DNA of 64,000 bases from a virus. The position numbers and the translations under genes were made by a program. Shown in pieces: positions 48,363-58,184 of this stretch (its first letter is position 1; every line of letters starts with the position of its first letter). The notes under the pieces are model-generated. The model was given only the letters and a program-made list of their open reading frames with translations. It had not been told where the DNA came from and did not search any database. The stretch covers positions 64,001 through 128,000 of the IMG/VR virus record IMGVR_UViG_3300020469_000011; one strand, given 5' to 3'.

Positions 48363-48965
48363 ATGTTAGATCCAAATAATATATTTTTAATAGGAAATCC
48401 TGAATTCTATTCAGATCCTCAAAAAAATATGTTTCGTTCAGATATATGGGATGACTATGAGTCTATGAATGAAGACTTGATATCTTATTGGAATGAGACT
48501 GTAAATAAAGATAATATTGTTTATATAGTCTGCGGTAAAGGAGGTATTGGAAATTCTTTTTTTAAAAATAAATTGAATGAAAAATTAAATGGTGAGATAA
48601 TTTTAATTCAAAATAAAAATTCATCGATACCTAAATATTATAACCATTTTGTAAGTGAAGCAGAATTCGTACATGTTAAGGCAATTGATTTAAATATTCA
48701 ATATACTATTTATTTAACTAATTTTTTAGAACATATAAATAGAGTAGAAGCTAATTTCACAGTAACTTCATGTTTAACTAATAACTTAAAAAAAGTAAAT
48801 GAAAAATTTATATATTATGAAAGTAAAGAAGGTTCACACATATTTGTAAATAATTTGAATAAACCTGTATTTAATTTATCAGCAGATTTATGGGAATTTA
48901 AACCAGTACGCTTATCTACTTTATTAGAAATTTACAAAAGCTATTGCATATTTAACTCAGAATAA
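48363..48965 (+). CDS. Degenerate calcineurin-like phosphoesterase homologue
   Basis: MNEDLISYWNETVNKDNIVY and C-terminal NLSADLWEFKPV match the phage metallophosphoesterase scaffold, but the metal ligands are missing. Confidence 0.55.
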   Translation: MLDPNNIFLIGNPEFYSDPQKNMFRSDIWDDYESMNEDLISYWNETVNKDNIVYIVCGKGGIGNSFFKNKLNEKLNGEIILIQNKNSSIPKYYNHFVSEAEFVHVKAIDLNIQYTIYLTNFLEHINRVEANFTVTSCLTNNLKKVNEKFIYYESKEGSHIFVNNLNKPVFNLSADLWEFKPVRLSTLLEIYKSYCIFNSE

Positions 48966-48967
48966 AA

Positions 48968-49492
48968 ATGAAAAAAACATACAATCAATTTGTAGAAAGT
49001 ATTCTTTTAGAAAAAAAGAAAAAGAATAAAAAAGAACCAGATAGTGATCTTTTTTTAGATAATGAAGAAGAAGAGGAAGAAGAACCTACTGATGAAGAAG
49101 AATCTACTGATGAAGAAGAATCTGAAGATACTGAAGAGGATACTCCAGAAGAAGGTGAGGAAGATGAGCCAGAACCAAAAGAGGATGAAAAAGAATACGA
49201 TCCTGATGACGAAGAAAAAGTTAAGACTTCAAAACAAGATACTGAGAAAAAAGCTTTAAAAAACGTATCAACTGACGTAGAAGATAGTGATATGGAAAGT
49301 GATGAAATTGAAGACAAAATTGATGATGAAATAGAGTATTTAGAAACTGATAAAGAAAGAAATGAAAAATTATCTTATAAAGATAAAAAAGAAGAAGAAG
49401 AAAAACAGAAAAAAGAAAAACAAGATAAAGAAGATAATAAAACTAAAATCGTTATCAATCCTAACATCACAGAACATTTAAATAACTGGTAA
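48968..49492 (+). CDS. Highly acidic low-complexity protein with capsid-targeting-like leader
   Basis: MKKTYNQFVE..LLE leader; E/D-rich; 18-nt tandem repeat around 49086-49121. Confidence 0.75.
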   Translation: MKKTYNQFVESILLEKKKKNKKEPDSDLFLDNEEEEEEEPTDEEESTDEEESEDTEEDTPEEGEEDEPEPKEDEKEYDPDDEEKVKTSKQDTEKKALKNVSTDVEDSDMESDEIEDKIDDEIEYLETDKERNEKLSYKDKKEEEEKQKKEKQDKEDNKTKIVINPNITEHLNNW

Positions 49493-49498
49493 TCTAAA

Positions 49499-50701
49499 AT
49501 GGCAGCATCAAACGATAGAAAGATTTCTCAATTACCTCTACTGACTGAAGTAAAAGATGACTCAACTTTTCTTGTTGTTAGTAACATTAGTACTACTCCT
49601 AAGAATGAGAGAATCAATACTCAGACCTTGTTTAACCAAGTACCTGTTTCCGTGACAGTAGGAAAAGAATTAAGTGGAAAAGATGTTATCTTTAACACTA
49701 CTCTTTCTGCAGCTAATAGATTTTATTTTGATAGTTCTAGTGGGGATTTAAATCTTGGAAGAAATTTAACAGTTGCAAACAGCGTTACGGTTACTAATGA
49801 CTTAACTGTAAATGGTACTGTTTACTTTGGTGCGATCAATCCTAATTTTGTTAATCTTGATATTACAGGAAATTTTACAAGTAATGGTTCAGCCAATGTA
49901 GGAACAACTCTACTTGTTGCTGGTGAATCCACGTTTTCAGAAAATGTAACAGCAAGCAAGCATCTAACAGTTTCAAATAATTTAACTGTTGCCGGAGCAA
50001 CAACTCTCACAGGAAATTTAACCGGCGAACACATTATTTCAAATACTGCGAATATATCAACATTAACAGTAACAAATAGTATTGCTGGTGCACAGTCAAT
50101 ATCGTCTGTAAGTTCTTTTGCTGAAAACATTGTTGCAAATAATACTATTACTGCTAACGGCTCTATTACGTCTGTAGGTAATATTACTGGTAATGCAGGC
50201 ACATTAACTTCTTTAAACGTTACATCTAATGGTCAAGTAGGAAATAGATTAACAGTTCAAAATCTAACAACTCAAGTAAATGCAGATATTGATGGTCAAG
50301 TAACGGCAAATAATGTTGTAGCAAATATTAATTTAACATCACCAGCTGCTACAATTACTACGTTGAATACCACTACATTAAATGCAACAGATTTTGAATC
50401 TACTAATAATATTAATGCACTAGCTATTACTACTGTAAACTTAGCAGTTGATACGTTTAGTATTAGTACACTAGATGCTACCACTTTAACTTCAAACACT
50501 ATAAATGCTAATAATGTAATTTCCCCAGACATATCAGTCTCTAATTTAAAAATGAGTATTATCACTACTTTACCAGATGCTAATACTATACCAGACGGAA
50601 CTATGGTTCTTTATTTTAATGCAGGAAATTATTCATTACAAGTAGCTGCAGGAACACCACCAGCTAGATATTGGAGATCTGTATTCTTAGGAAATCCATA
50701 A
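49499..50701 (+). CDS. Beta-stranded fibre-like virion protein
   Basis: RKISQLP N-terminus; repeated NLTV/GNIT units. Confidence 0.7.
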   Translation: MAASNDRKISQLPLLTEVKDDSTFLVVSNISTTPKNERINTQTLFNQVPVSVTVGKELSGKDVIFNTTLSAANRFYFDSSSGDLNLGRNLTVANSVTVTNDLTVNGTVYFGAINPNFVNLDITGNFTSNGSANVGTTLLVAGESTFSENVTASKHLTVSNNLTVAGATTLTGNLTGEHIISNTANISTLTVTNSIAGAQSISSVSSFAENIVANNTITANGSITSVGNITGNAGTLTSLNVTSNGQVGNRLTVQNLTTQVNADIDGQVTANNVVANINLTSPAATITTLNTTTLNATDFESTNNINALAITTVNLAVDTFSISTLDATTLTSNTINANNVISPDISVSNLKMSIITTLPDANTIPDGTMVLYFNAGNYSLQVAAGTPPARYWRSVFLGNP

Positions 50702-50718
50702 TATGATAAATCTTTGTT

Positions 50719-51111
50719 ATGGTTGATATATCTGAAGAGAGTTTTTATAATTTTGCTATATCTAATTTAAAATCAAAATATTTAATAGAATCAGAGTTTC
50801 GTTCTCTTTTAAAACATATAATATACATTAAGAGACTATTAAAAAAATATAAAGACAACTCTAAAACAATTAATATTAATCTATTAATAAATCATTTTGT
50901 TATTCTATATAATGAGTTTGATCAAAATTCGTTAACAGCGATATTATTTTATCAAATAAACGAGTTATATTATCCACAATTAAAAACTATTTTGTTATTG
51001 TTAAACAATATTAATTACGATGATGTGTTAATACTTAATAATGTTAAAATAGAAATAAGCAATATTCTTATAGATAAAGAATTAGAAAATATATTAAAAA
51101 GAATAATTTAA
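50719..51111 (+). CDS. Conserved T4-like phage hypothetical protein
   Basis: EF...KHIIYIKRLLKKY...LLINHFVILYNEF pattern typical of marine T4-like phages. Confidence 0.75.
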   Translation: MVDISEESFYNFAISNLKSKYLIESEFRSLLKHIIYIKRLLKKYKDNSKTININLLINHFVILYNEFDQNSLTAILFYQINELYYPQLKTILLLLNNINYDDVLILNNVKIEISNILIDKELENILKRII

Positions 51112-52268
51112 TGTCTTATCATAAAAAACACAACTTTCAAAATCAGCTTTCTTTATTTCTTAATATAGATGAAGAAAATGGTGGTAATGGTGGCGGCGGT
51201 AATGGTGGTGGAAACGGTAACGGTGGAAATGGTGGTCCAATGACTTCAGCTACAACGGGATTGCCAACTTCTGGAGAAGATACTTTTAGAAGAAATTCTT
51301 ATTTAGAAGGGGGAGTGTCTGGTTATTATTATGACCCAAATAAAAAAAGAAAAAAGAAACGAAAAAAATTAAAAAAATCTTTCTTAGATTATATGATAGG
51401 AGATGGATCTTCTTATGTTAAAGAAGATAAAGAATCTCCCATTGATTTTGCAATGTCTATAAATGAGGAAGATTTATCCGAACTGTTTGGTGAATCTGTA
51501 TATGAATTTGGAGAAAATACCTACACCGTAAAATACTATAGAAAAGGTGAAAATTATAGTTATGGTAAAATGTTCTTTGTAGGTAATAACAAATTTGCAA
51601 TGAGATTTAACAAAGAGCCAAAATCAAAGAACGAAATTGATAGTATATCTTTTTGGAATAAATGGTCAACAGAAATAGTAAACGAGGATTTAAATTTCAG
51701 TATAACACCAGATGCAGACGTTATAACAGATGATCTAAGTTTAGAAAAATGTTATGAGATAGCAAAGCAAATATTTAAAAATAGAAAACCGAGATTTGTA
51801 AAGATTGACAATATTAAGATAGAAAAAGGGGGAAAGCCAGCTAACAAAGAATTTCAAGAAGAGTTGGGGGAAGATGGAAAAAAATCTGTGAGTTTCACAG
51901 AATTACTTGACTTTGCCCGCCAAAAGGGGTATACTGTAAAGGAGCCAGGCGATGGTTCTCTTGATATTAATCTAGTTGTACCCATGAAGATTCCTAATAA
52001 AGAATTTATAATTCCTCATGAATCAGAATATAAAAAGACTATGAATGTAGATAAGTTTGTTGAAAATAACAAGCTTTTATTAACACCAGTCAATATACAA
52101 AACTTTGTTAAAAATGTTCAAGATGCAGAAGAATTATTAGAATTTTTTAGAAGTTTATTTAAAGACAACCTAATAAATAATTTATCTTTTGAAGCAATAG
52201 TTTTTGCTTCTAAAGTCATAAAAAGTAAACATCCTGAATGGCTTAAACTTTTAGTTCCTAGAATGTAA
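51111..52268 (+). CDS. Hypothetical protein with Gly/Asn tract and basic patch
   Basis: ORF track; NGGNGGGGNGGGNGNGGNGG. Confidence 0.7.
   Translation: MSYHKKHNFQNQLSLFLNIDEENGGNGGGGNGGGNGNGGNGGPMTSATTGLPTSGEDTFRRNSYLEGGVSGYYYDPNKKRKKKRKKLKKSFLDYMIGDGSSYVKEDKESPIDFAMSINEEDLSELFGESVYEFGENTYTVKYYRKGENYSYGKMFFVGNNKFAMRFNKEPKSKNEIDSISFWNKWSTEIVNEDLNFSITPDADVITDDLSLEKCYEIAKQIFKNRKPRFVKIDNIKIEKGGKPANKEFQEELGEDGKKSVSFTELLDFARQKGYTVKEPGDGSLDINLVVPMKIPNKEFIIPHESEYKKTMNVDKFVENNKLLLTPVNIQNFVKNVQDAEELLEFFRSLFKDNLINNLSFEAIVFASKVIKSKHPEWLKLLVPRM
51907..51935 (+). promoter_or_regulatory. Intragenic sigma70-type promoter upstream of the Nudix-to-primase genes
   Basis: TTGACT-N17-TATACT. Confidence 0.55.
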
Positions 52269-52270
52269 TT

Positions 52271-52711
52271 ATGAAAAAAGTTAGTTCTGGTATCGTGATA
52301 ACAAATGGAAAAATAGTTCTTGGTTGTAAATCTTATAAATGGGATTTACCTAAAGGAGAAATAGAAAAAGATGAAAAGCCAATAGATGCTGCAGTTCGAG
52401 AGGCTAAAGAAGAAACAGGATTACAGATAGATAAAAATGATTTAACTGAATTGGGATTTTTTGATTATACAAAACACAAAGATTTATGGTTATATTTACA
52501 TGTACCTAAGAAATTACCAGATACTTCAAAAATGAAATGCACAACATATTTTGAAGATAGAAATGGAAATGAAATTTTAGAGGTATCTGACTATAAGTAT
52601 ATTAATTTTAAATATCTGGAAAGATTTTTTTATCGTTCAATTTGTAAAGTATTAAGAATAATTGAACAATCTTCTACTTTTTCGGACTACTTTAAAGGAG
52701 GTCTAAAATGA
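52271..52711 (+). CDS. Nudix hydrolase (T4 NudE-like)
   Basis: Nudix box GEIEKDEKPIDAAVREAKEETGL. Confidence 0.92.
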   Translation: MKKVSSGIVITNGKIVLGCKSYKWDLPKGEIEKDEKPIDAAVREAKEETGLQIDKNDLTELGFFDYTKHKDLWLYLHVPKKLPDTSKMKCTTYFEDRNGNEILEVSDYKYINFKYLERFFYRSICKVLRIIEQSSTFSDYFKGGLK

Positions 52712-53070
52712 GTCATTTATCAGCGTTACTGAATACAATGGAATCAATTGAAATTGATAGAGAACTAGGTCTACAAATTTTTGAAAATTATGTAACGGAG
52801 TATGTGCAATTAATACATGAAGAAAAAGATGCAATCTCAGAAAAGGATTTTGAAGTTATGAAAGAAGTCGCAGTTTCTCTTGGGTTAGATCCTAAAGATT
52901 TTGAAAGTGCGATGAATACAATGGCAGAAGATGATGAATATGATAAATACGATGCACAAGTAGATAATGTTGTTGATAACGATGACTTGCCTCCAGGCGT
53001 AACAGAATTTACTAGTTATTTAAATCGTTGGGTTTCCCCTAATCCTTTAGATACACGTACTCTATATTAA
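52708..53070 (+). CDS. Acidic hypothetical protein
   Basis: AGGAGG SD; ORF track. Confidence 0.7.
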   Translation: MSHLSALLNTMESIEIDRELGLQIFENYVTEYVQLIHEEKDAISEKDFEVMKEVAVSLGLDPKDFESAMNTMAEDDEYDKYDAQVDNVVDNDDLPPGVTEFTSYLNRWVSPNPLDTRTLY

Positions 53071-53073
53071 AAT

Positions 53074-53448
53074 ATGAAAGTTCATTCATTTTTAAAAGTA
53101 AAAAAAGATATACAGAAATTTTTAAACTATGAAATGGTTAAAATAGAAGACAAAAAACCTAATCGTATTTTGCCTGTATTTCAACGTATTAATGATGATG
53201 TTCCCTATTTAACAGAATCTAAACTTGAAGATGCCTATTTAAATAAGGAAATTTCAAAAAAAACTAAAAAACTTCTTGAGTGGCTTTCTATAAAAGAAAA
53301 TTTAGAAGTCGCTGAGAATATTTACAATAATAATAAAAATAAATTTGAAGAAGTTACCTTCCTTTTGGAAAGTGAAAAAATAAATTTTACAACATTAGTT
53401 AGGAAGTTAATACATAAACATGAACAAGCGATCTCTTGTAGAGAATAA
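53074..53448 (+). CDS. Hypothetical protein
   Basis: ORF track. Confidence 0.65.
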   Translation: MKVHSFLKVKKDIQKFLNYEMVKIEDKKPNRILPVFQRINDDVPYLTESKLEDAYLNKEISKKTKKLLEWLSIKENLEVAENIYNNNKNKFEEVTFLLESEKINFTTLVRKLIHKHEQAISCRE

Positions 53449-54442
53449 ATCTCTTCAAAAAGAATTCCTTCATCGTCTTTCATCCACTCTAAGAAATTTT
53501 AAATGGAAAACAAACGGAGCTAATTTTTCTTGCCCCATTTGTGGGGATAGCAAGAAAAATGAAACTAAGGCAAGAGGTTATATTTTTGAAAAAGAAAATC
53601 TATATCAATACTTTTGCCATAATTGTGGTTTTAGTTCAAACTTTTCTTTCTTTCTGAAGAGTGTAAATTCTTTACTTCATACAGAATATCTAAAAGAACT
53701 TTTTCTAGATAAAAAAAGAACAGATGCTATAATGAGTTCTGTCAGACCAAAACTTCTACCAAATAGAATTTCGCTTACTTATGTAAAAGCACCTACTATT
53801 GATTCTTTAGATGAGGGACATGTAGCAAAAGAATATGTTAAACGTAGAAAAATTCCAAATAAATATCTAAAGGAATTATTTTATGTATCAACTTTTGGAA
53901 ATTGGGTTAGAAAGCATTATGATCCAAATTATTCTGGTGGTAATGATGAAAGAATAATTATTCCTTTTTACAATGGAAAAAAACAACTAGTAGCTTTTCA
54001 AGGTAGAGCACTATCTGGAAATACAAAACTCAGATATATAACTATAAAATTAAGTGAGAAAGCTCCAAAAATATATAATTTTGATAATGTAGATGTAAAG
54101 AAAAAGATATATATTGTTGAGGGTCCGATTGATGCAATGTTCTTACCTAATGCGATAGCTGTTGCTGGTTCAGATGTTACAAAAACTTTAGATAAATTAA
54201 ATTTTGATTTTGTATTTGTTGCTGATAGAGAACCCAGAAATCCAGAAATAATTAAAAAGATTGCAAATATGATAGACCGAAAGTATAAAGTATCTTTATT
54301 GCCAGAGTCTATGCCCGGTAAAGATATTAATGAATATATACTAAATGATTACACAACTAATCAAATAGTTCAGATGATTGATCGTTTTACTTTTGAAGGA
54401 CTTCAAGCAACTTTTCAACTCAAAATGTGGCAAAAAATCTAA
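53420..54442 (+). CDS. gp61: DNA primase gp61
   Basis: Zn finger CPICGDS...CHNCG, RIIIPF, FQGRAL, VEGPIDAMF, DREPRN, KDINE. Confidence 0.95.
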   Translation: MNKRSLVENKSLQKEFLHRLSSTLRNFKWKTNGANFSCPICGDSKKNETKARGYIFEKENLYQYFCHNCGFSSNFSFFLKSVNSLLHTEYLKELFLDKKRTDAIMSSVRPKLLPNRISLTYVKAPTIDSLDEGHVAKEYVKRRKIPNKYLKELFYVSTFGNWVRKHYDPNYSGGNDERIIIPFYNGKKQLVAFQGRALSGNTKLRYITIKLSEKAPKIYNFDNVDVKKKIYIVEGPIDAMFLPNAIAVAGSDVTKTLDKLNFDFVFVADREPRNPEIIKKIANMIDRKYKVSLLPESMPGKDINEYILNDYTTNQIVQMIDRFTFEGLQATFQLKMWQKI

Positions 54443-54462
54443 AAGTTAAAAAATCAAAATCT

Positions 54463-54470
54463 TATAAATA
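54463..54470 (+). promoter_or_regulatory. T4 late promoter TATAAATA
   Basis: Exact consensus, intergenic, upstream of the 72-aa ORF. Confidence 0.65.
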
Positions 54471-54506
54471 TATTCACTATACTATAAATTTTAAAAGAGT
54501 TCAAAT

Positions 54507-54725
54507 ATGGCTACACCAACATTAGATGCACTAAGAAGTGACGTAGGAGATCCTACTAAATATGAGATTATCACATCAACAGGTCATGCCTATCTTGTAC
54601 AAAATCATAATGTTATCGCTACAGGTACAAGTCCTAATAGTGTAATAATTTGTACTGATTCTACAAAAGCAACTAAAATAGTTAGTTTAGTTGATGCTAG
54701 TATAGTGGCTTTGTTGAAAAAATAA
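54507..54725 (+). CDS. Small hypothetical (late) protein
   Basis: ORF track; late promoter upstream. Confidence 0.6.
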   Translation: MATPTLDALRSDVGDPTKYEIITSTGHAYLVQNHNVIATGTSPNSVIICTDSTKATKIVSLVDASIVALLKK

Positions 54726-54832
54726 ATCTTTTTTAATCTAAACAATTTAACAAAGGAAGAAAGTGTAGAAATATACTTAATGGATTCGTACATTCTTTTT
54801 TTAACATATTAATTATCGAGAGGATATAAAAC

Positions 54833-56635
54833 ATGAGTGCCCGTATACTTTCAATGCCTCAAAGTAACAAAAAGGAATATTATGGTGTAGAAATTAATGA
54901 ACAGAGAAGTGATAATTTATCAGATATGGCAAATAAAATGTTAACTCAATTTTATTGCCGTGAAGAAGAAACTCCTCAAGAGGCTTTTGCAAGAACTGCA
55001 ATTTGTTTTTCAGCCGGTGATTTAGATTTGGCACAAAGAATATATGATGCTGTATCAAAAGGTTGGTTTATGTTTGCTTCTCCTGTATTATCCAATTCAA
55101 TTCTACCAGGTGAAAAAGCAAAAGCAATGCCAATTTCTTGTTTTCTACTTGACATTCAAGACAATTTAGATTCAATTATAGACCATTCTACAGAAATACG
55201 GTGGTTATCAGTAAAAGGAGGTGGAATCGGAGCTAACTGGTCCAAAGTTCGGTCCGTCTCAAATAAAGCACCAGGACCAATGCCGTTCCTTCATACGATT
55301 GATGCTGATATGATAGCATATCGTCAAGGAAAAACACGTAAAGGTTCTCTCTGTGCATTCTTAGATATATCCCATCCAGATATCATAGAATTTACAAACA
55401 TGAGAGTTCCAACAGGTGATGTAAATCGTAAAAATTTAAACTTACACCACTCTATAAACATCACAGATGAATTCATGAGAGCCGTTGAACGAGATGAAAT
55501 GTGGGATTTGATTGACCCATCAGATAAAACAGTTAGAGATACTATCCGTGCTCGAGAACTTTGGGAAATGATCCTAGAAGTTCGTTATCGTACAGGTGAA
55601 CCAAATATACATTTTATTACTGAGTCCAATAGACACTTACCTCAACCTTTAAAAGATAAAGGATTAAAAATAAATAGTTCTAATTTATGCCAAGAGATTA
55701 CTTTGCCAACAAATGAAGATAGAACCGCTGTGTGTTGCCTATCTAGTTTAAATCTTGACAAATACGATGAGTGGCATAAGACAACATTAGTAGAAGATAT
55801 GATTACCATGCTAGATAATGTACTTCAATTTTTTATTGACAATGCTCCCAACCAATTACAAAAAGCAAAATATTCTGCAAGTAGAGAAAGATCTTTAGGA
55901 CTAGGTGCTATGGGTTTTCATTCTTGGTTACAAAAGAATAATATTGCATGGGAAAGTCCTGAAGCAAAAATTGAAAATGAAGAAATTTTTTCATTCATAT
56001 CAAAGAAAGCCGAATCACAAACAAGATTATTAGGATTACAGAAAGGAGAATACTTAGATGGCATCGGCACAGGCCGAAGAAATGCACATCTAACCGCAAT
56101 TGCTCCAAATGCTAATTCTGGAATGTTGCTTGGTGTTTCGCCTTCTATAGAACCATATAATGCCAATACATTTACACAAAGATCTCGCATTGGTTCTTAT
56201 TTAATTAAGAATCCTTACTTAGCAGATATATTGGAAAAATATGGTAAAAATACTGATTCTATTTGGTCCGATATTATGTTGAATAGGGGGTCTGTTCAAC
56301 ATTTAAATTTTTTATCTGAACATGAAAAAAATGTATATAAAACTGCTATGGAATTAGATCAAGAGACAGTTGTGGAACATGCTGCAGATAGACAAAAATA
56401 TATTGAACAAGGTCAGAGTGTGAATTTATTTTTTCCTGCTAAAATGGATAAAGCTAATTTATCCAGAGTTCACTACATTGCATGGAAGAAAAAACTTAAA
56501 ACTTTATATTACTTGAGAACGGAAGCTGAACATCGTGTAGAAAATGTATCTTCACAGGTTGAGAGGGTTGCACTTGAAGACTATGTAGAAGATAAACCCA
56601 AGCAAGAGGATGACTGTTTAAACTGTCAAGGATAG
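54833..56635 (+). CDS. nrdA: Class I ribonucleotide reductase alpha subunit (no ATP-cone)
   Basis: ASPVLSN, ISCF, GGGIG, SNLCQEI, CCLSS, APNANS, TLYYLR, C-terminal CLNCQG. Confidence 0.95.
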   Translation: MSARILSMPQSNKKEYYGVEINEQRSDNLSDMANKMLTQFYCREEETPQEAFARTAICFSAGDLDLAQRIYDAVSKGWFMFASPVLSNSILPGEKAKAMPISCFLLDIQDNLDSIIDHSTEIRWLSVKGGGIGANWSKVRSVSNKAPGPMPFLHTIDADMIAYRQGKTRKGSLCAFLDISHPDIIEFTNMRVPTGDVNRKNLNLHHSINITDEFMRAVERDEMWDLIDPSDKTVRDTIRARELWEMILEVRYRTGEPNIHFITESNRHLPQPLKDKGLKINSSNLCQEITLPTNEDRTAVCCLSSLNLDKYDEWHKTTLVEDMITMLDNVLQFFIDNAPNQLQKAKYSASRERSLGLGAMGFHSWLQKNNIAWESPEAKIENEEIFSFISKKAESQTRLLGLQKGEYLDGIGTGRRNAHLTAIAPNANSGMLLGVSPSIEPYNANTFTQRSRIGSYLIKNPYLADILEKYGKNTDSIWSDIMLNRGSVQHLNFLSEHEKNVYKTAMELDQETVVEHAADRQKYIEQGQSVNLFFPAKMDKANLSRVHYIAWKKKLKTLYYLRTEAEHRVENVSSQVERVALEDYVEDKPKQEDDCLNCQG

Positions 56636-56694
56636 CTCAGTGAAGTCTCAGAATCATCACCACAAACTTTTTTTATTACACACTAGGGTAAATA

Positions 56695-57918
56695 ATGGAA
56701 ATTAAAATTTATTCAAAAAATAATTGTTCTTATTGTAAAAAAGCTAAAGAGTGGTTTGACACAAACCAAATGGAATATGAAGAAATTGTGCTTGATGACC
56801 ATAAAGAACGTATGGATTTTTATCAACGTGTTTCAAATGGAAAAGAAGTAAATAGTGTTCCACAAATTTTTATAGATGAAAAACATATTGGAACTTATAC
56901 TGATTTATTAAAACAAGAAGCATTAATATTAAAAAAAGCATTTGGAGGACTCGAAGTCTCTTCAATTACATATAAACCTTTTCGTTATGAATGGGCAGTT
57001 GAGATGGCTCAGAATCATGAAAAAATTCATTGGATTCCAGAAGAGGCTTCTCTTGAAGATGATGTTCATGATTGGAAATCTGGTAAATTATCTCAAGGTG
57101 AAAAAGATTTTATTCGTAGTGTACTCACATTGTTTGTTCAATCTGATGTAAATGTTGGTGAAAACTATATTAACTATTATTTAAAGATTTTTAAGAACAA
57201 TGAAATTCGTAAAATGTTATCATCATTTGCTGCTAGAGAATTCATACATCAAGAAGCATATGCACTATTTAATGACACAATTGGATTTCCAGAATCAGAA
57301 TATTCTGTATTTTTAGAAATAGAGGAAATGAGAGAGAAACATGATTTTATGTTAGACATTGATGTAAGTACAAAAGAAGGCACAGGACTAGCAATTGCTA
57401 GGTCTGTTATTAATGAAGGACTAGTTTTGTTTAGTTCTTTTGCAATGCTTTTAAATCTCCAAAGATTTGGTAAACTAAAAGGTTTTGGTAAAATCAATGA
57501 ATGGTCAGTGCGTGATGAAAATCTCCATGCACAAGGAATGGCAAAATTATTCAGAACATATTGTAGTGAAAATCCACGTATTGTTAATGATGGGTTTAAA
57601 AAGAAAATTTATAGTATGATTCGTAAAGCAGTGGAACTTGAAGATATGTTTATTGAACGTGCATTTGGATTTTCTAAAATGGAAGGACTAACTCAAGAAG
57701 AAATGAAGATGTATATTCGTTATATGGCAGATAGACGTTTGATTCAATTAGGAATGAAAGGTAATTATAAGATTAAGGAAAATCCTTTGTCTTGGTTGGA
57801 TCATATTTTAAATGCACCAGACCATACAAACTTCTTTGAGGGTAGAGTGACTGAATATACAGTTGCTGGTTTAACCGGTAAATTTAATTATGATTTTGTT
57901 GATGAGGTTGCAGCCTAA
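56695..57918 (+). CDS. nrdB: Glutaredoxin-fused ribonucleotide reductase beta subunit
   Basis: N-terminal CSYC..SVPQIFID..IG glutaredoxin; then YKPFRYEWA, HWIPEE, REFIHQEAY, NEG, RDENLH, NFFEGRVTEY. Confidence 0.95.
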   Translation: MEIKIYSKNNCSYCKKAKEWFDTNQMEYEEIVLDDHKERMDFYQRVSNGKEVNSVPQIFIDEKHIGTYTDLLKQEALILKKAFGGLEVSSITYKPFRYEWAVEMAQNHEKIHWIPEEASLEDDVHDWKSGKLSQGEKDFIRSVLTLFVQSDVNVGENYINYYLKIFKNNEIRKMLSSFAAREFIHQEAYALFNDTIGFPESEYSVFLEIEEMREKHDFMLDIDVSTKEGTGLAIARSVINEGLVLFSSFAMLLNLQRFGKLKGFGKINEWSVRDENLHAQGMAKLFRTYCSENPRIVNDGFKKKIYSMIRKAVELEDMFIERAFGFSKMEGLTQEEMKMYIRYMADRRLIQLGMKGNYKIKENPLSWLDHILNAPDHTNFFEGRVTEYTVAGLTGKFNYDFVDEVAA

Positions 57919-58184
57919 CGAAAAAATCTATTTCTTTTAAGTGTTTTGAGCGGCTCACGATATATAGTTTTAGGAAAATAAGGATAGTGTTGATTTTGAT
58001 AACGATTTCTTTGTGTTCTAGCCGCTCTCACATCACTCAGAGGAGAAGGTTTTTTATTAATCCTCTGAGTTTGTTTTATTATATTTTGAATACTTTCTTG
58101 CTCCTTTCTCAAATCTCCTTCCGACATACCTAATAAAATAAAAGAACTTAAAAGTATTAAAATATTTTTCATTTTAGGCATCAA
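57915..58184 (-). CDS. Small protein with N-terminal hydrophobic signal
   Basis: MKNILILLSSFILLG; converges on nrdB. Confidence 0.55.
   Translation of the reverse strand: MMPKMKNILILLSSFILLGMSEGDLRKEQESIQNIIKQTQRINKKPSPLSDVRAARTQRNRYQNQHYPYFPKTIYREPLKTLKRNRFFR

Noticed and set aside
49060-51240. Tandem or low-complexity repeats (18-nt acidic repeat, GGN tract) as a CRISPR-like array
   Set aside because: In-frame coding low-complexity sequence with no repeat-spacer architecture
38532-57918. Introns, inteins or homing endonucleases in thyX, gp43, uvsX, gp41, nrdA or nrdB
   Set aside because: All are continuous and of normal length, with no intein termini or endonuclease motifs seen
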